From Nitrososphaerota archaeon (GTDB lineage Archaea > Thermoproteota > Nitrososphaeria > Nitrososphaerales > Nitrosopumilaceae): DNA of 64,000 bases. Location of the stretch: positions 64,001 through 128,000 of the forward strand of contig JAGWFT010000002.1 of NCBI GenBank assembly GCA_028867755.1, given 5' to 3'. The position numbers were made by a program, and so were the translations under genes. Positions 28,812 through 38,270 of this stretch are shown here, piece after piece; the stretch's first letter is position 1, and the number at the start of each line of letters is the position of its first letter. The notes below the pieces were generated by a model. That model was given only the letters and a program-made list of their open reading frames with translations, did no database searches and was not told the DNA's origin.

Positions 28812-29198
28812 TTATTTTTGGTGCTTTATTCCTCTAGCATTTAGAACTTCGTAGACTTCGGAAAGTGAAAATACAAACCCAACATGAACACAATCTTTTT
28901 CTTCGCACAGCATACAATAAAGTTCGCCATTTTGAACTGCAACTTCAGCAATTCTATTTTTGATATTGTCTTTTACTACTACTCTGTTATCGTCAGCTGA
29001 GATTTTTTCTAACTTGGGGGCATATCTTGCAAAGGTCTCGTCTTTTTGCATCAGATCTTCCATCATGAAAGTTATGTATCCTGCAAAGCTATTGACGCCT
29101 TTCATTGCAAGATCGTGTCTATTCTTCTTGTAAATATCGTGGAATCTATTGTAGACTTCTTCTGAAACTGTTATTGATTTGAAACCTGCTTTTGGCAA
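28812..29198 (-). CDS. Conserved hypothetical protein: N-terminal RHH-like segment, C-terminal CxxC-x4-C-x-H Zn motif
   Basis: FKSITVSEEVY...; LYCMLCEEKDCVHV. Confidence 0.65.
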   Translation of the reverse strand: MPKAGFKSITVSEEVYNRFHDIYKKNRHDLAMKGVNSFAGYITFMMEDLMQKDETFARYAPKLEKISADDNRVVVKDNIKNRIAEVAVQNGELYCMLCEEKDCVHVGFVFSLSEVYEVLNARGIKHQK

Positions 29199-29547
29199 AC
29201 TTTGTACCTATACCGTACTTTAAAGTACTGATATTTAATGTTTCTGAGCGCAAACAATGTGACCTGAGGTTAATTTCAAGTCAATCAAACCAGGACTGCA
29301 TTTCATTTTTTTTAATTACCGGTCTTGATTTTCAAATCTAATGCATATCAACATAAGATATTTTTGAAGCAAAACTGTTTTAATGAAAAAGAGCAAGTTC
29401 TTGATTAAACTTTTAAGTATTTAGTATCAATGATGCGCGGTTTTTATTTACTTTTTTTGCATTAATGTTATCAATAGTGCGCCTGTAATACAGCATACCA
29501 CCACCGCACTGGACCACTCAGACCATACCAAAGTACATGTCAACGGA

Positions 29548-29566
29548 TGACCTGAATTTCAGGTCA
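29548..29566. promoter_or_regulatory. Perfect 19-bp palindrome upstream of the HTH-B12-like regulator
   Basis: TGACCTGAA-T-TTCAGGTCA; an extra half-site TGACCTGA lies at 29260-29267. Confidence 0.5.
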
Positions 29567-29615
29567 CCCGCTGATTTTTAGTAATTCTATATACCAGATA
29601 ACCAGATTAGAGTCT

Positions 29616-30512
29616 GTGGCACGAGGATACGATACTGAAGAAATGAGAGAGAAACTAATTGATGCGCTAAGCAAATCAAAAACTGGCCTTACAGGTATAG
29701 AAATTGCAGAAAAACTGCGTGTTAATCGGGTAACCATGTCAAAATATCTGAAATTTTTTGCAGCCGAGAGTCTAATCCAGCAAAAAAGCATTGGCAGTGT
29801 GAATTTATGGTTTATAGAAAAAGGTGTAGACCAACTAAGCTTTCCAGCAGATCTCTTTCATGTGAAGAATAGATATTTGGAATATGTAATGTCTGCATCA
29901 AGCCATGAGGCACATAATCTTATAAGAACTTCATTACATTCGGGCGCAAATCCATCTAAACTTGTAAACGAGGTCATTGTATCTGCCATAGATGCCGTAG
30001 AAAATTCCTACAAAAATGGAAAGATAGGCAAGTCTGAGAAGAACCTTCTTGATGAAATAATATCATCATCGATATACCTGATCAAACTATCAGAAAAAGA
30101 AGTAAATTCAAAAAAGAACATTGTAATTATATCAACTGACTATCAAAACTCTCTTCTTGCGCAAGCTGCCTCGTCTGCATTCCAGACTGAAGAATGGAAA
30201 GTATCGCTTTTGGGAGATATGTCTTCTGCAATAGATGTATTATTTGACATAGATTTGCAGAGGTTTCTTAACAAAGTATGGGCAAAAAGAGAAGGAATAA
30301 TGGTTGTTGCAATATTCTCATCCACAGAAGGGGCAATCAAGTTCTTCTCTCAAGCAGTTGATGCAAGTAGGGAAAAATTTGGCAAAAATCTGTATCTTGC
30401 ACTATGTAGCAAAATTGCAAAAAAGCCAAAGGTTAATGCAGATTTTGTTTCAGATGACTTGGAAACATTACTGCAATGGTCTCAGACAGTTTTTGAAAGT
30501 TCTCAGAATTAA
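29616..30512 (+). CDS. wHTH regulator with a cobalamin-binding-like cap and Rossmann domain
   Basis: LTGIEIAEKLRVNRVTMSKYL HTH, a B12-binding_2-like helical cap, and NIVIIS...WKVSLLG. The canonical His ligand motif is not visible. Confidence 0.65.
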   Translation: MARGYDTEEMREKLIDALSKSKTGLTGIEIAEKLRVNRVTMSKYLKFFAAESLIQQKSIGSVNLWFIEKGVDQLSFPADLFHVKNRYLEYVMSASSHEAHNLIRTSLHSGANPSKLVNEVIVSAIDAVENSYKNGKIGKSEKNLLDEIISSSIYLIKLSEKEVNSKKNIVIISTDYQNSLLAQAASSAFQTEEWKVSLLGDMSSAIDVLFDIDLQRFLNKVWAKREGIMVVAIFSSTEGAIKFFSQAVDASREKFGKNLYLALCSKIAKKPKVNADFVSDDLETLLQWSQTVFESSQN

Positions 30513-30859
30513 TGAGATAGTATCTTTATTACCTTGAATGGAATCTCTGAGAAATTAATATTCTTCTCAGTTGATAATAACAGAACATTGTCTTTTACAG
30601 GAAAACTCATGATTATTACTTTCTCTCTATATGACATGGCAAACTGTACAGGCCCAAGTACCTTGTCAAACTCGCGTCTCATCTTTGCTCTGAGGACCAA
30701 TTCCATATACAACATTTCATCATCCCTTGAATCCTCAAGGGATTTGAATCCCTCCCTCATTCCACCTGCAAATAACCTCCCTTTTTCATTTATCATGCCG
30801 GCGAACCTTATTTTGGAATCCAATTCTATTACTTTCTTACATATTTTTTCATAGTCCAT
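30509..30859 (-). CDS. Thaumarchaeal roadblock/profilin-like protein (DUF6659-like)
   Basis: DSKIRFAGMINEKGRL...FDKVLGPVQF pattern. Confidence 0.65.
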   Translation of the reverse strand: MDYEKICKKVIELDSKIRFAGMINEKGRLFAGGMREGFKSLEDSRDDEMLYMELVLRAKMRREFDKVLGPVQFAMSYREKVIIMSFPVKDNVLLLSTEKNINFSEIPFKVIKILSH

Positions 30860-30985
30860 GGCATGTTATCCTGCTGCCAAAATTACATGTTGATAGATTG
30901 ATTCTTGGCAACAGAGATGGTATAGAATTCACAACTATTTATCGAGATCTCTTGTATGCATCTTTAAAATAGTTATAAAACAAAA

Positions 30986-31073
30986 TGGGCCGAATGGGAT
31001 TCGAACCCACGACCTTTCGATATCTGAATAATTTTATCAGTCGAACGCTCCAGCCAAGCTGAGCTATCGGCCC
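30986..31073 (-). tRNA. tRNA-Ile(GAT) with a 13-nt canonical intron (31022-31034)
   Basis: GGGCCGA/TCGGCCC acceptor and TTCGA/TCGAA anticodon stem; the intron's TCAG pairs with CTGA to form a BHB. Confidence 0.93.
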
Positions 31074-31099
31074 AAGAAATTTTCCGATTCAACTGTCAT

Positions 31100-31660
31100 T
31101 TAAGTCTGCTGGCTTTTCCACTTGATGGAACAACCCATCGATGGGTCAAAATCCTTCTCTATCTTTTTTCCTGAAAGTAGTTTCTCTACATTTAAAATCA
31201 TTGTCTTCTCTGTAGGGCTGTCTTCTGGTTTCATTGCATTGTCTATTCTACCATGGAAAACCAACTTTTGGTTATTGTCAAAGAGGAACGGGTCTGGAGT
31301 GCAGACTGCGCCGTATTTTTTTGCTATTTCTTGTGTCTCATCTACAAGATATGTGAATTTTATGCCTCGCTCTTTTGCAAACGTCTTCATGGCATCAAAA
31401 CTGTCATCTGGATAGTTTGTCGGGTCATTGCTGTTAATCCCAATCATTGCTAATTTTCCCTTGAATTTTTCAGCAACTTCATTCATTGCGGAAACCTTTG
31501 CTTGTACATATGGGCAGTGGTTGCACATGAAAACAACCAGCAATCCAGGGTGTTCCTTGAATTCTGATAGAGAGTGCTTTTTGTCATCTATTCCAAGCAG
31601 GTTAAACTCTGGCGCCTTGTCGCCTGTTTTTAAAACGATCTCAGATTTGAGTAAGACCAT
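31100..31660 (-). CDS. Thioredoxin-fold AhpC/TSA family protein
   Basis: GDKAPEFNL, FMCNHCPYV and YGAVCTPDPFLFD. The ATG at 31660 is preferred over the track start. Confidence 0.88.
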   Translation of the reverse strand: MVLLKSEIVLKTGDKAPEFNLLGIDDKKHSLSEFKEHPGLLVVFMCNHCPYVQAKVSAMNEVAEKFKGKLAMIGINSNDPTNYPDDSFDAMKTFAKERGIKFTYLVDETQEIAKKYGAVCTPDPFLFDNNQKLVFHGRIDNAMKPEDSPTEKTMILNVEKLLSGKKIEKDFDPSMGCSIKWKSQQT

Positions 31661-31746
31661 GATATCTTTCTGGTGTGCAATATCAATAAAATCTTTGTCA
31701 CACAAAGAGAACAATTAAAATCTGTGCGCTTTTCAATCCATGCAAT

Positions 31747-31818
31747 GGGCTGGTAGTTCAGCGGTAGAATACCCGCCTTGCACGCGGGGGGTCAGGGGTT
31801 CAAATCCCCTCCAGTCCA
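31747..31818 (+). tRNA. tRNA-Ala(TGC)
   Basis: GGGCTGG/CCAGTCC acceptor with the G3-U70 pair; CCCGC-CTTGCAC-GCGGG anticodon arm. Confidence 0.96.
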
Positions 31819-31955
31819 TTCCTACTGTCATATAGGACAGGTCACAGTCAGCTACCATTTTTCTCCACTCTGCCTTCAACTTTGACTCTTGATCCTTTGA
31901 TTAGAAATCTGATCGCTTTTTTAAGATTATATTCACGAATGTAATAAAATGATAT

Positions 31956-32276
31956 ATGACAGAAATCTTATGTCGTAATTGTCGTAGAATAATAGATGTC
32001 GAATTAATCCCGACTGAGTGTCCATGGTGTCATGATAAAATAATAATGAAACAAAATACAGATGGTAGATGGAACATTACAAATCTAACTGACCATATTT
32101 CGCCAACTGTGGCTTATTATCATAGTGGTATCAATCTCCATCATTCAGGTCTATGTAATAGCGGTATTTTGACAGAGAATCCTAGTTCTCATCCCATAAG
32201 TTTTTGCCCTAAATGCGAGCGACAAATAATCCAACCATCAAATCACTGTCCATATTGTGGATACGGCACGAGTTGA
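31956..32276 (+). CDS. Double zinc-ribbon protein
   Basis: CRNC...CPWC and CPKC...CPYC. Confidence 0.6.
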   Translation: MTEILCRNCRRIIDVELIPTECPWCHDKIIMKQNTDGRWNITNLTDHISPTVAYYHSGINLHHSGLCNSGILTENPSSHPISFCPKCERQIIQPSNHCPYCGYGTS

Positions 32277-32357
32277 TCATGTCCAGTTCTTTACAAGTTG
32301 AAAAATCAGAGAAAATTAACTCACATGTACCTAGGATTATACAGATCGCATTCTCAA

Positions 32358-32615
32358 CTATGAAACTCTGGTTGACCAGACATCAAACATGGACCACTTG
32401 TGGCAACTTGGGCATCTCATGTATCTTTTTTTCCCAAGTCTAATTACTGTAAACGATGCGGATCCGCCTGGTATCCACCTGTAATCAAATGTGTGTGAGC
32501 ATTTCGTACATGTAAGCCTAGAAAGATACCCGTATCCCTTGCTTGGAAGAACTCTGAAAATTACAAAAGAGGCAACTAAAATAACTGCAATAATCACAAA
32601 TACAATTTCTTTCAT
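32358..32615 (-). CDS. Membrane-anchored zinc-ribbon protein
   Basis: N-terminal TM; CTKC...CPSC. Confidence 0.7.
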   Translation of the reverse strand: MKEIVFVIIAVILVASFVIFRVLPSKGYGYLSRLTCTKCSHTFDYRWIPGGSASFTVIRLGKKRYMRCPSCHKWSMFDVWSTRVS

Positions 32616-32819
32616 TACACAGATCTAGTTTGACACTGAATAAAAGCATTGGATAACTTTGTTATTGCTCCGCATTTGACAAATCCCTAATCTATTCTAC
32701 CAATCAAACCACGAAAAACATGCAAAATACTGGAAAAACAAAGGGGCCAGTTTTTTCCTATTTATCCAAGATGGTGCCCATAGCATTCTTTATACTATGG
32801 AATATACCGGGCACATTTA

Positions 32820-32984
32820 ATGGCCTGGGATTTTGATTTTGAAATGTTACTTTATCTCGGTATGATTACCGTAGGGTTTTTCCTAGCTCCGATGGACTCT
32901 AACCCGCCATATTTTCTTGTTATAGGCATAGTTCTTGCTGCTGTAGGACTTGGCTTGGTCTATCGCAAAGTAAAGAAAAAGTGA
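32820..32984 (+). CDS. 54-aa two-TM small protein
   Basis: Manual translation MAWDFDFEMLLYLGMITVGFFLAPMDSNPPYFLVIGIVLAAVGLGLVYRKVKKK. Confidence 0.5.
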   Translation: MAWDFDFEMLLYLGMITVGFFLAPMDSNPPYFLVIGIVLAAVGLGLVYRKVKKK

Positions 32985-32988
32985 TATC

Positions 32989-33351
32989 TCAGGCCTTGAA
33001 CTTGGATCCTGTCTTGAGTTTGTCTATTAACTTGCTAAATATCTCGTTGTGACTTACGTCTGTAAAATTCACGGCACCCCCTTCCCTTATTACCTGTCGT
33101 TCAAACTTTTCTTTGATTGCAAAAGTTACAGATGAATAGTGAATTTTGCCCTTTATCTTTTCCTGTATGGTAGTCTCTGTATCAGGAAAAGTTGCAAAAT
33201 GAAATGCAACCCCGCCTGCCCAAAATATTGTGGGTATTCCTCCACCGGCTGATCGTGCAGTTGCGATCACCTGAGCAACCCAGTCATCAAACTTTAGCTC
33301 TAATACTTCATGTATGATTAATTCCTTCCATGGATCTACTGTTATCTCCAA
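32989..33351 (-). CDS. Conserved hypothetical protein
   Basis: 120-aa TTG-started ORF with globular composition. Confidence 0.65.
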   Translation of the reverse strand: MEITVDPWKELIIHEVLELKFDDWVAQVIATARSAGGGIPTIFWAGGVAFHFATFPDTETTIQEKIKGKIHYSSVTFAIKEKFERQVIREGGAVNFTDVSHNEIFSKLIDKLKTGSKFKA

Positions 33352-33464
33352 ACCTAGTTCAACTCTAGTCTAGTTTTATTTAAAGAAGAATATCTTATGA
33401 GAGGACGCTTCTGAAAGATGGATTTAAATAGTATGGCAGTTTTTGTTAGCTTGGTAATTAAGAA

Positions 33465-33569
33465 ATGCAAGATTGGAGTCAAGCAGGTGTATACATACCA
33501 TTGGCCGTTGGTTTAATCCCAGGATTCGTATACTGGTGTGTTATCACCGCAATGAAGAAACACAAGTAA
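33465..33569 (+). CDS. 34-aa single-TM peptide
   Basis: MQDWSQAGVYIPLAVGLIPGFVYWCVITAMKKHK; TATA-like TTTAAATA at 33423 and a T-rich terminator after the stop. Confidence 0.5.
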   Translation: MQDWSQAGVYIPLAVGLIPGFVYWCVITAMKKHK

Positions 33570-33699
33570 ACTAACCATCTTTTATTCTTCTTTTTGTAAT
33601 CTTCTATAGTCAGTATATTTTGGTAAAAGCTTCCAATCCACGTTGTATAGATTATGATATACCGTATATGATTAATTACTTGTGCAAAACGTATAGCAT

Positions 33700-34782
33700 A
33701 TGAAGTCCATAGTTCTTTCCAGTTTTCTCATTATGGTATTACTTTTAGCTGCTGCCATGTGGACGCCAGCAGAGGGTGCCGAGCAGAATCCATGCCAGCA
33801 AACTGCTGCCCATACAGGAGAAAGCTTACCTTCTGATACATCCCTACAAGTTGTAGTTTGCTCATCGTATAGTTACAAGGCTACTGATGGCACAACCACA
33901 GTCCTAGGTGAGATTCAAAATAACAACAACTCCCCTATAACCAATGTCAAAATAGGAATTACTTTTGAGGGTCTTAACAATAATGTACTAGAATACAAAA
34001 CAGGTACGACACTTCTCCAAGTAGTCGAGCCAAACTCAATTGCCCCATTTTCAATATCATCAACAAAGGCTGATCCTTCAATTACTCAAGTTGCAGTAAA
34101 TCTAGCTGGATTCACACCAGCGTCCAAAAAAGACCAACTGTTGACAGTCTCTCCAAGCTCACTTCAGGTGTCTGATAACTTGATCCTAACTGGAACAATA
34201 AAAAATGGCGGGCAATCTATCTCCACACATACTCGTCTCTATCTGATATCATATGATGCATTCCAAAGAACAGTGGCAATTGGCAATACTACTGTATCTG
34301 ATATTGGTGCAGGCAAAACAGTAGACTTTACCATGACATCAGAACCCAGCAGCCGTGAAAAAACATTCCAAGTGATTGCAGAATCTGATAACTATCAATC
34401 TGTATCTATACCTGTTACAAACATTGTTGCATCGCTACCGGTAATGATAAGCAATACAAATGTTACAAATCCATCAGGAAGCCCGTATTCTTCGATTCCA
34501 GTATATGCACCAGTTAAGATAAGCAGTGATCTAAGATATCTACTTGATAGTCCGCAGCCCTATGTTTACTATGTGCAAGTAAAGAAATTTGGAGGACAGG
34601 TTGATTTTATTGGTAATTCAACAGGAATATTTCTTGGGGGCAATGACCAAGAACATACAGGATCTGTGTCTTGGACTCCTGATACTGCAGGTTCATATTT
34701 TCTGGAAACATATGTGTGGGATTCTAATGGTGTGCCTATTTCATCTGCAGGAACTAAGATTAATGTCGTACTTGTGAAATAG
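33700..34782 (+). CDS. Secreted tandem Ig-like (FxLYD-like) domain protein
   Basis: Signal peptide; repeated VLGEIQN/LTGTIKN beta-sandwich units; C-terminal SWTPDTAGSYFLETYVWD. Confidence 0.7.
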   Translation: MKSIVLSSFLIMVLLLAAAMWTPAEGAEQNPCQQTAAHTGESLPSDTSLQVVVCSSYSYKATDGTTTVLGEIQNNNNSPITNVKIGITFEGLNNNVLEYKTGTTLLQVVEPNSIAPFSISSTKADPSITQVAVNLAGFTPASKKDQLLTVSPSSLQVSDNLILTGTIKNGGQSISTHTRLYLISYDAFQRTVAIGNTTVSDIGAGKTVDFTMTSEPSSREKTFQVIAESDNYQSVSIPVTNIVASLPVMISNTNVTNPSGSPYSSIPVYAPVKISSDLRYLLDSPQPYVYYVQVKKFGGQVDFIGNSTGIFLGGNDQEHTGSVSWTPDTAGSYFLETYVWDSNGVPISSAGTKINVVLVK

Positions 34783-34818
34783 TAATATCATATAATTGAT
34801 AATTGGTATTGTATCTGT

Positions 34819-35295
34819 ATGAAGAAATACAATTTGGTAGCTCTTGGTGGAACGTTTGATCTTTTGCACCGTGGGCACTTGGAGCTTTTAAGCAAAGGAT
34901 TCTCTGTATCATCCAAAGTGATAATTGGGTTAACAAGCGATGAACTTGCTAGAAAAAAGGGCAAGAACCTAATTCATGATTATGAAAAAAGATACAATGC
35001 TTTGGAAGATACCATAAAAAGAAATTTTCCAAATGTGGCATACCAGATAAGCAGACTGGAAAATGATTTTGGCCCGGCAGTTTTAGAAAAACAAGTCGAG
35101 GCTTTGGTCGTAAGCGAAGAAACAGCATTCAAGGGAAACGAACTGAATAGACTAAGAAGACAAAGAAATTCTCCAGATGTAGAAGTGATAGTGGTGCCAA
35201 TGACTCTTGCAAAGGATGGCAAGCGCATATCCACCTCACGAATAAAAAACTCTGAGATAGATTCTAACGGAAATATTCTTGGCGTTGACAAATAG
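34819..35295 (+). CDS. coaD: Phosphopantetheine adenylyltransferase (archaeal type)
   Basis: ALGGTFDLLHRGH, LVVSEET and RISTSRI. Confidence 0.92.
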   Translation: MKKYNLVALGGTFDLLHRGHLELLSKGFSVSSKVIIGLTSDELARKKGKNLIHDYEKRYNALEDTIKRNFPNVAYQISRLENDFGPAVLEKQVEALVVSEETAFKGNELNRLRRQRNSPDVEVIVVPMTLAKDGKRISTSRIKNSEIDSNGNILGVDK

Positions 35296-35348
35296 CTTTT
35301 CTATATTTGAGTGATTGCTCTAAAACTCAAAAATGACTTGGTAAGTTA

Positions 35349-35681
35349 TTGAAAGAAATAACCGATGTCATGCTAGGCAAGATGGCCTCAGACATTGCTG
35401 GTCTAAAAGACGGTCTTGATCCTGAAAATATTGCATTTTGGTACAAGAAGGTGATTGCAGAGGCAAAAGAGATGGCACCGCCATGGCTTGTAGATAAGAT
35501 AAACGTCAAACAAGACCCAATCTTGTATCTCAAGTTCAACTTGGATATATCAAAACGTGCAGTACGATATCTCATGATGGCAATAACAAACAATGCAGAC
35601 AATATGCCATATACTACAAGACTGTATTTTCTCAAAGTACAGGAAATTGTATCTCAAGAAATGGACAAATCGTTAGTATAG
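35349..35681 (+). CDS. Conserved hypothetical protein
   Basis: 110-aa TTG-started ORF. Confidence 0.65.
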   Translation: MKEITDVMLGKMASDIAGLKDGLDPENIAFWYKKVIAEAKEMAPPWLVDKINVKQDPILYLKFNLDISKRAVRYLMMAITNNADNMPYTTRLYFLKVQEIVSQEMDKSLV

Positions 35682-35963
35682 CTATTCTTTGGTTATCTCC
35701 ACAATGTTTTTGGTAACCTTGGTATCTACAAGACCACTTGTTTTTTCTATAACCGACTGGATAAAATCTGCAAAAGATTCGGCCTCTGTTTTGTCTCTAA
35801 AAAGTATACTGTGAGCTGATTTGTCCTTTAGTGATACGACAATTTCATTTTCTATGATCTCAAGTATTCCTGTTATGAATGTCTCATTGTTGTCTTTAAT
35901 GTAGATCAAGCTTGCAAGCTTTCGTGCTTCATACTCGTCTTCGCAGGTTACACTCTTTTTCAT
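35682..35963 (-). CDS. Conserved hypothetical protein
   Basis: 93-aa ORF directly downstream of trpS. Confidence 0.65.
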   Translation of the reverse strand: MKKSVTCEDEYEARKLASLIYIKDNNETFITGILEIIENEIVVSLKDKSAHSILFRDKTEAESFADFIQSVIEKTSGLVDTKVTKNIVEITKE

Positions 35964-35968
35964 TTTTG

Positions 35969-37084
35969 CTAGTCAAACAGGAACTTGTCTACTTGGTCTT
36001 TTGCTTTTTCTCTCTTCTTTTTGAAATCTGCAATGAAAGGTTTAGTGGCATCCTTGAGGTTGCATTTGCACTCTCCGCAAAGAAGCTCGCCGCCCTTGCA
36101 TTTTCTTGCCCTCTCGTCTGATTCTTTTTCCATGTCAAAAAAGTATCTTAGGTACCAAAATACCGGACATATGTTGAAATTAGCTCCAAGTTTTCGCTGT
36201 AGCTCAACAGTAGGCTGGCCTCCAGTAAATGTATTTGAGATCTTTTTGTCTATTGCCTCTTCGGTGTCTGTTGTAAATATTGCAGTCTCTGGAATCGAAG
36301 ATGACATCTTTCCTTGCATTCCAAGCCCCGGCAAGAACTTGGAGTGGATCTGAGTTGGCTTTGTGTATCCCATCTTTTCTGCAATGTCTCTTGTGACACG
36401 CCAGTATGGATCCTGGTCTATTGCTGCAGGTATGAGAACTGGAGTTGGCTTGCCCTCGATGACAGATGGAAGAAAACATGGTGCAGCCTGGATTGGCGGA
36501 AAACCTATCATTCCTATGTTTGTAGAGTTTTGAAATCCAAATACTGCCTTTACTGTTGAAAACGTTATGCGCTTTGCTATCTCAAGTGCTATTGGGTAAA
36601 TTCTCTTGATGTCCTTTGTATCGACTAGAATCTTTGTCTTTTTTGGATCAAAGCCCACTGCAATTATATCGTAAATGTTCTCTGTGGTATACCCAGATAC
36701 ATCCTTGAATGATTTCTCATCATTGTACAGAAACTTTTCATCGTCGGTAATTTGGAAGATCAAGTTTACATCAAATTTTTCTTGCAAGTATTTGGTAAAT
36801 ATCCATGGAAGCAAGTGCCCCATGTGAATTGAACCTGAAGGTCCTCTGCCTGTATACAGATAGAACTTGTTGCCTTTTTCATACTCTGTCAAAACTTTGT
36901 CAAAATCTCTATGGCTGAAAAAATATCCAAGCTTTAGCATCGGGTGAATCTCGCCTGTTATCTTTTTTACGCGTGCCTGAAGCTCATCTGAAATTTTCTC
37001 TGTGCCAAATTTCTGTATTAATTTGTCATAATCAATATCGCCTTCTACGCTCCAAGGTGTGACCGTAAAATCCTCAGACGACAT
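35969..37084 (-). CDS. trpS: Tryptophan--tRNA ligase (archaeal/eukaryotic type)
   Basis: YTGRGPSGSIHMGH, IDQDPYWR and KMSSS. Confidence 0.97.
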   Translation of the reverse strand: MSSEDFTVTPWSVEGDIDYDKLIQKFGTEKISDELQARVKKITGEIHPMLKLGYFFSHRDFDKVLTEYEKGNKFYLYTGRGPSGSIHMGHLLPWIFTKYLQEKFDVNLIFQITDDEKFLYNDEKSFKDVSGYTTENIYDIIAVGFDPKKTKILVDTKDIKRIYPIALEIAKRITFSTVKAVFGFQNSTNIGMIGFPPIQAAPCFLPSVIEGKPTPVLIPAAIDQDPYWRVTRDIAEKMGYTKPTQIHSKFLPGLGMQGKMSSSIPETAIFTTDTEEAIDKKISNTFTGGQPTVELQRKLGANFNICPVFWYLRYFFDMEKESDERARKCKGGELLCGECKCNLKDATKPFIADFKKKREKAKDQVDKFLFD

Positions 37085-37106
37085 TCATGTTTCAGTTAGG
37101 TTAAGG

Positions 37107-37120
37107 TTTAAAAAGTCTTT
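37107..37120 (+). repeat. attL core (also the trpS TATA box on the minus strand)
   Basis: TTTAAAAAGTCTTT, identical to 49249-49262. Confidence 0.8.
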
Positions 37121-37169
37121 ACGGGATGGAACATTAGGGTTTAAAATTACTGTATTCCATAACTATGAT

Positions 37170-38270
37170 ATGGATAGAAGTTTAACAAGATTTTTTGCAG
37201 GTATCAGAACAGAAACGACAAGAGAAATTTATGATAGGTATCTTAGGTATTTTCTAAACTTTGTAAAAATAAAAGAGGCTAACGGATTGTTGCAACTCAA
37301 AGACTCTTACCTTCAAACTATGGTAGAAGATTACATCATACATCTGAAAGGTAGGGGCTTACGCAAATCCTCGATTGACGGGCAAATTTCAGCATTAGAG
37401 TTATTCTTTGCTATGAATGACAAGATATTGAATTTCAAGAAAATTCGCAAGATGTCGCCTATTCAACTAAAGATACAGGGAAACGGCTCTTACACAACAG
37501 ATGACATTAAGCGTATGTTAGAGGCTACCACATCGTTAAGAAACAAGGCTATAATTCACTGCCTTGCGAGTTTGGGTTGTCGCCCTAATGCGTTCTGCGA
37601 TCCGCCGTTAAGATTGAGGCATCTAAAAGAGGTCAAGGATGGATATTATTCAGTTCTAATGTACGAAGGCAGTGTCGAGGAATACAGAGGATACCTTACA
37701 AAAGAGGCTTCGATTTTGGTGAAAATGTATATGAACGAGAGGTCAAGGCAAGGCGAAGTAATTACACCTGATAGTCCACTCTTTCGAAATCTGTATCGTG
37801 TGGTCTTGTCTAAAGCCAAGCCTATGACCATAAAAGGAATCAAGTCCATGATTTTAGAAATTCTCAAAAAGATGCGGGGCAAAGGCAAGAAGAGAGGAGA
37901 GAGGTATGATACTGCGATGATTGGAGGGTTTAGACATCGCTACATCGAGATATGTGCAAAAAACAGGCTAGATGTTAGGTTAGCGGAGAGATTGGTATCA
38001 CATACACCAAAGAGCGCACCGATGGACAAGCATTATGTAAATATCAATAACATACAGGATGAACTCTTTAACGAGTTTTTAAGAATTGAAAGAGATCTTA
38101 CTATCTCAAAAGAAGAGAAGGAACGACTTGGAAGAATTGAAGCGGAGAAGAAAGTTACAGAACTTGAAAATGATAAAGATAAACGTATCTCGGAATTAGA
38201 AGCACAGGCAACAGAGACAAGAGATATGATTAAGGGCATTTATGCTCTCTTGGGAAGAGACACGACTTAG
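37170..38270 (+). CDS. Tyrosine recombinase/integrase
   Basis: SAM-like N-terminus; LGCRPNA (R), GGFRH (HxxR position with H replaced by G), LVSH, KHY (Y); coiled-coil tail. In-frame ATG at 37170. Confidence 0.9.
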   Translation: MDRSLTRFFAGIRTETTREIYDRYLRYFLNFVKIKEANGLLQLKDSYLQTMVEDYIIHLKGRGLRKSSIDGQISALELFFAMNDKILNFKKIRKMSPIQLKIQGNGSYTTDDIKRMLEATTSLRNKAIIHCLASLGCRPNAFCDPPLRLRHLKEVKDGYYSVLMYEGSVEEYRGYLTKEASILVKMYMNERSRQGEVITPDSPLFRNLYRVVLSKAKPMTIKGIKSMILEILKKMRGKGKKRGERYDTAMIGGFRHRYIEICAKNRLDVRLAERLVSHTPKSAPMDKHYVNINNIQDELFNEFLRIERDLTISKEEKERLGRIEAEKKVTELENDKDKRISELEAQATETRDMIKGIYALLGRDTT

